A stretch of DNA of 37,031 nt from a virus (taxonomy: Duplodnaviria > Caudoviricetes): the IMG/VR virus record IMGVR_UViG_3300020043_000552, positions 1 to 37,031 of that record. One strand, given 5' to 3'. Shown here piece by piece: positions 35,653-37,031 of this stretch (position 1 is its first letter; every line of letters starts with the position of its first letter). The position numbers and the translations under genes were made by a program. The notes under the pieces were generated by a model. That model saw nothing but the letters and a program-made list of their open reading frames with translations. It did not search any database and had not been told where the DNA came from.

Positions 35653-35653
35653 T

Positions 35654-36745
35654 TTATAACTCCGCAGAAGCAGTTAATGACCCAGTATTAGAGCCGTTAT
35701 ATAAAACTGTTGGTCTATATTGTGCAGTAGTCCCTGTTGCCGCTATAGCATCAAATTCAATAGAATTTATTGTTGTGTAAGTTGCATTAAGGGCTGTTAT
35801 TGTTCCAGTTCCAGCACCATCAAACCAATCTATTGTTCCAATAATATTCATTGTTGGGGCTGTTCTCATTTGAACTTGTAAAGGCAAACCAACACGACCT
35901 AAGTTTGCAACTCCATTCATAACTCCACGACCTTCTGGTTTTTGATAGGTTTGATAATATCGTTGGCATAAAGCTAATTCTTGTGCATATTGACGATACT
36001 CATATCCAGTAGCACTACTTCCTACTTCTAGTTGAACACCAGTAATGTAGAAGGTTGCTCCGTTTGTTCCTACTACGGATGTTGCTCCTGTGGCTGAAAG
36101 CACATTGATTGATTGCCAAGAACCAGCAGTTCCGCTTAAAGAAGAACCAACACCCATGCCAAACCATAAATAAGCACCAGCACCATTTGTTGTGTAATAA
36201 GTTCCGCTAGTATCGCCAACAATAGTTATAGATTTTTGTTCCCAAGTATTAGCAACAGAAATTGTGTATGTAAATGGATAGGAACGACCTACATCGCTAG
36301 ATTCAATAGAACCACCAAAAGTTCCAGTTAAGCTAGATTGCACCCAAAAAGATAAGGTAACTGTTTTAGCGTTTGCAGTTCCCCAATTAAGGTCTGCCAT
36401 GTTATATCCTTCAATTGGCTGACCAATTACATAGTAATCAGAAGAACCCAATGAAGTTGCCGCTAATGAAGTGACCTTTAATGAATTTACAAATCCTGCT
36501 GGAGCAGTAGAGCTTTGTTGTAATGAATATTTAGAAGCGGTTGAAGTTTGATAGTTCCATCTGTCTAATACATAAGTTCTAGCCGCAGTTGCTGTTGCTG
36601 TAACACTAGCACCAGCATTTCTTTGGTCAATAACCATCGCACCGTTGATAATGCGATTCTTCATAATAGAAGCGTTACCAGCGCCTAAACTTGTATTTGC
36701 TACGCTAGACTGAATTACATCGGCATTTACTGTTCCGTAAGCCAT
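35654..36745 (-). CDS. Fibre-associated carbohydrate-binding-like protein
   Basis: KNRIINGAM.IDQR, DRW, TLSFWV, ITGVQLEVG..AT.YEYR...ELALCQRYY. Confidence 0.75.
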   Translation of the reverse strand: MAYGTVNADVIQSSVANTSLGAGNASIMKNRIINGAMVIDQRNAGASVTATATAARTYVLDRWNYQTSTASKYSLQQSSTAPAGFVNSLKVTSLAATSLGSSDYYVIGQPIEGYNMADLNWGTANAKTVTLSFWVQSSLTGTFGGSIESSDVGRSYPFTYTISVANTWEQKSITIVGDTSGTYYTTNGAGAYLWFGMGVGSSLSGTAGSWQSINVLSATGATSVVGTNGATFYITGVQLEVGSSATGYEYRQYAQELALCQRYYQTYQKPEGRGVMNGVANLGRVGLPLQVQMRTAPTMNIIGTIDWFDGAGTGTITALNATYTTINSIEFDAIAATGTTAQYRPTVLYNGSNTGSLTASAEL

Positions 36746-37002
36746 TATGCTACTCCTTTGGCTTGTTCTGCTTTAAATGCTTCATAAGCGGATATTACTT
36801 CAGGAGTCCAAGCTGCATTAGCAATGTCTTGTATTTTTTGTTCTTGGTTGCTAATGTCCATATCAGGAGTTAATACCCAGCGATGAAAAGTGCGAGATAC
36901 AAACGCACCATCTCGTTCAATAACAGTAGCTTGACGAACTTGAATATTCCAATCGTTTACAACTTCAATTTGGTCAATTTTTGTAGATTCTGTAAGTGCC
37001 AT
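36745..37002 (-). CDS. Small fibre chaperone-like protein
   Basis: MALTE..KID.IEV...IQVR...RTFHR.V..P...WT. Confidence 0.65.
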   Translation of the reverse strand: MALTESTKIDQIEVVNDWNIQVRQATVIERDGAFVSRTFHRWVLTPDMDISNQEQKIQDIANAAWTPEVISAYEAFKAEQAKGVA

Positions 37003-37031
37003 TTTTATTCCTTATGCTACAAAATATGTTG

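Noticed and set aside
1-37031. Integrase, attachment site, CI repressor or alternative genetic code
   Set aside because: No recombinase motifs recognised; genes pack tightly under the standard code with TAA, TAG and TGA all used as stops

Overview
Tailed dsDNA phage (podovirus-like architecture, P22-type portal/ejection layout; no integrase or CI repressor seen, so probably lytic; host possibly a freshwater betaproteobacterium, inferred only weakly). Positions 1-30585 look like one complete ~30.6-kb circularly permuted genome: terminase-portal-fibre-glycosyltransferase-scaffold-capsid, head-tail connector, nozzle, ejection proteins, lysis genes, and a small divergent early region (Cro, SSB-like, exonuclease). 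From ~30586 a second, diverged copy of the capsid-scaffold-GT block follows, with a different fibre cassette. This is most likely a chimeric join with a sister phage. Main findings: (1) the major capsid gene is split by a 254-nt ORF-less group I intron (30290-30543, minus) whose splicing restores a 327-aa capsid protein; (2) a ~330-nt, multiply pseudoknotted, strand-specific structured element (13312-13645) sits where a replication initiator/origin would be expected, between cro and a small HNH gene, upstream of a truncated replisome-organizer-like protein; (3) a second pseudoknotted ncRNA candidate at 16058-16147; (4) a ~70-bp promoter-operator-hairpin-RBS cassette duplicated in inverted orientation; (5) in both copies, a GT9-like gene whose conserved N-terminus has no canonical start codon and begins on the upstream stop codon.
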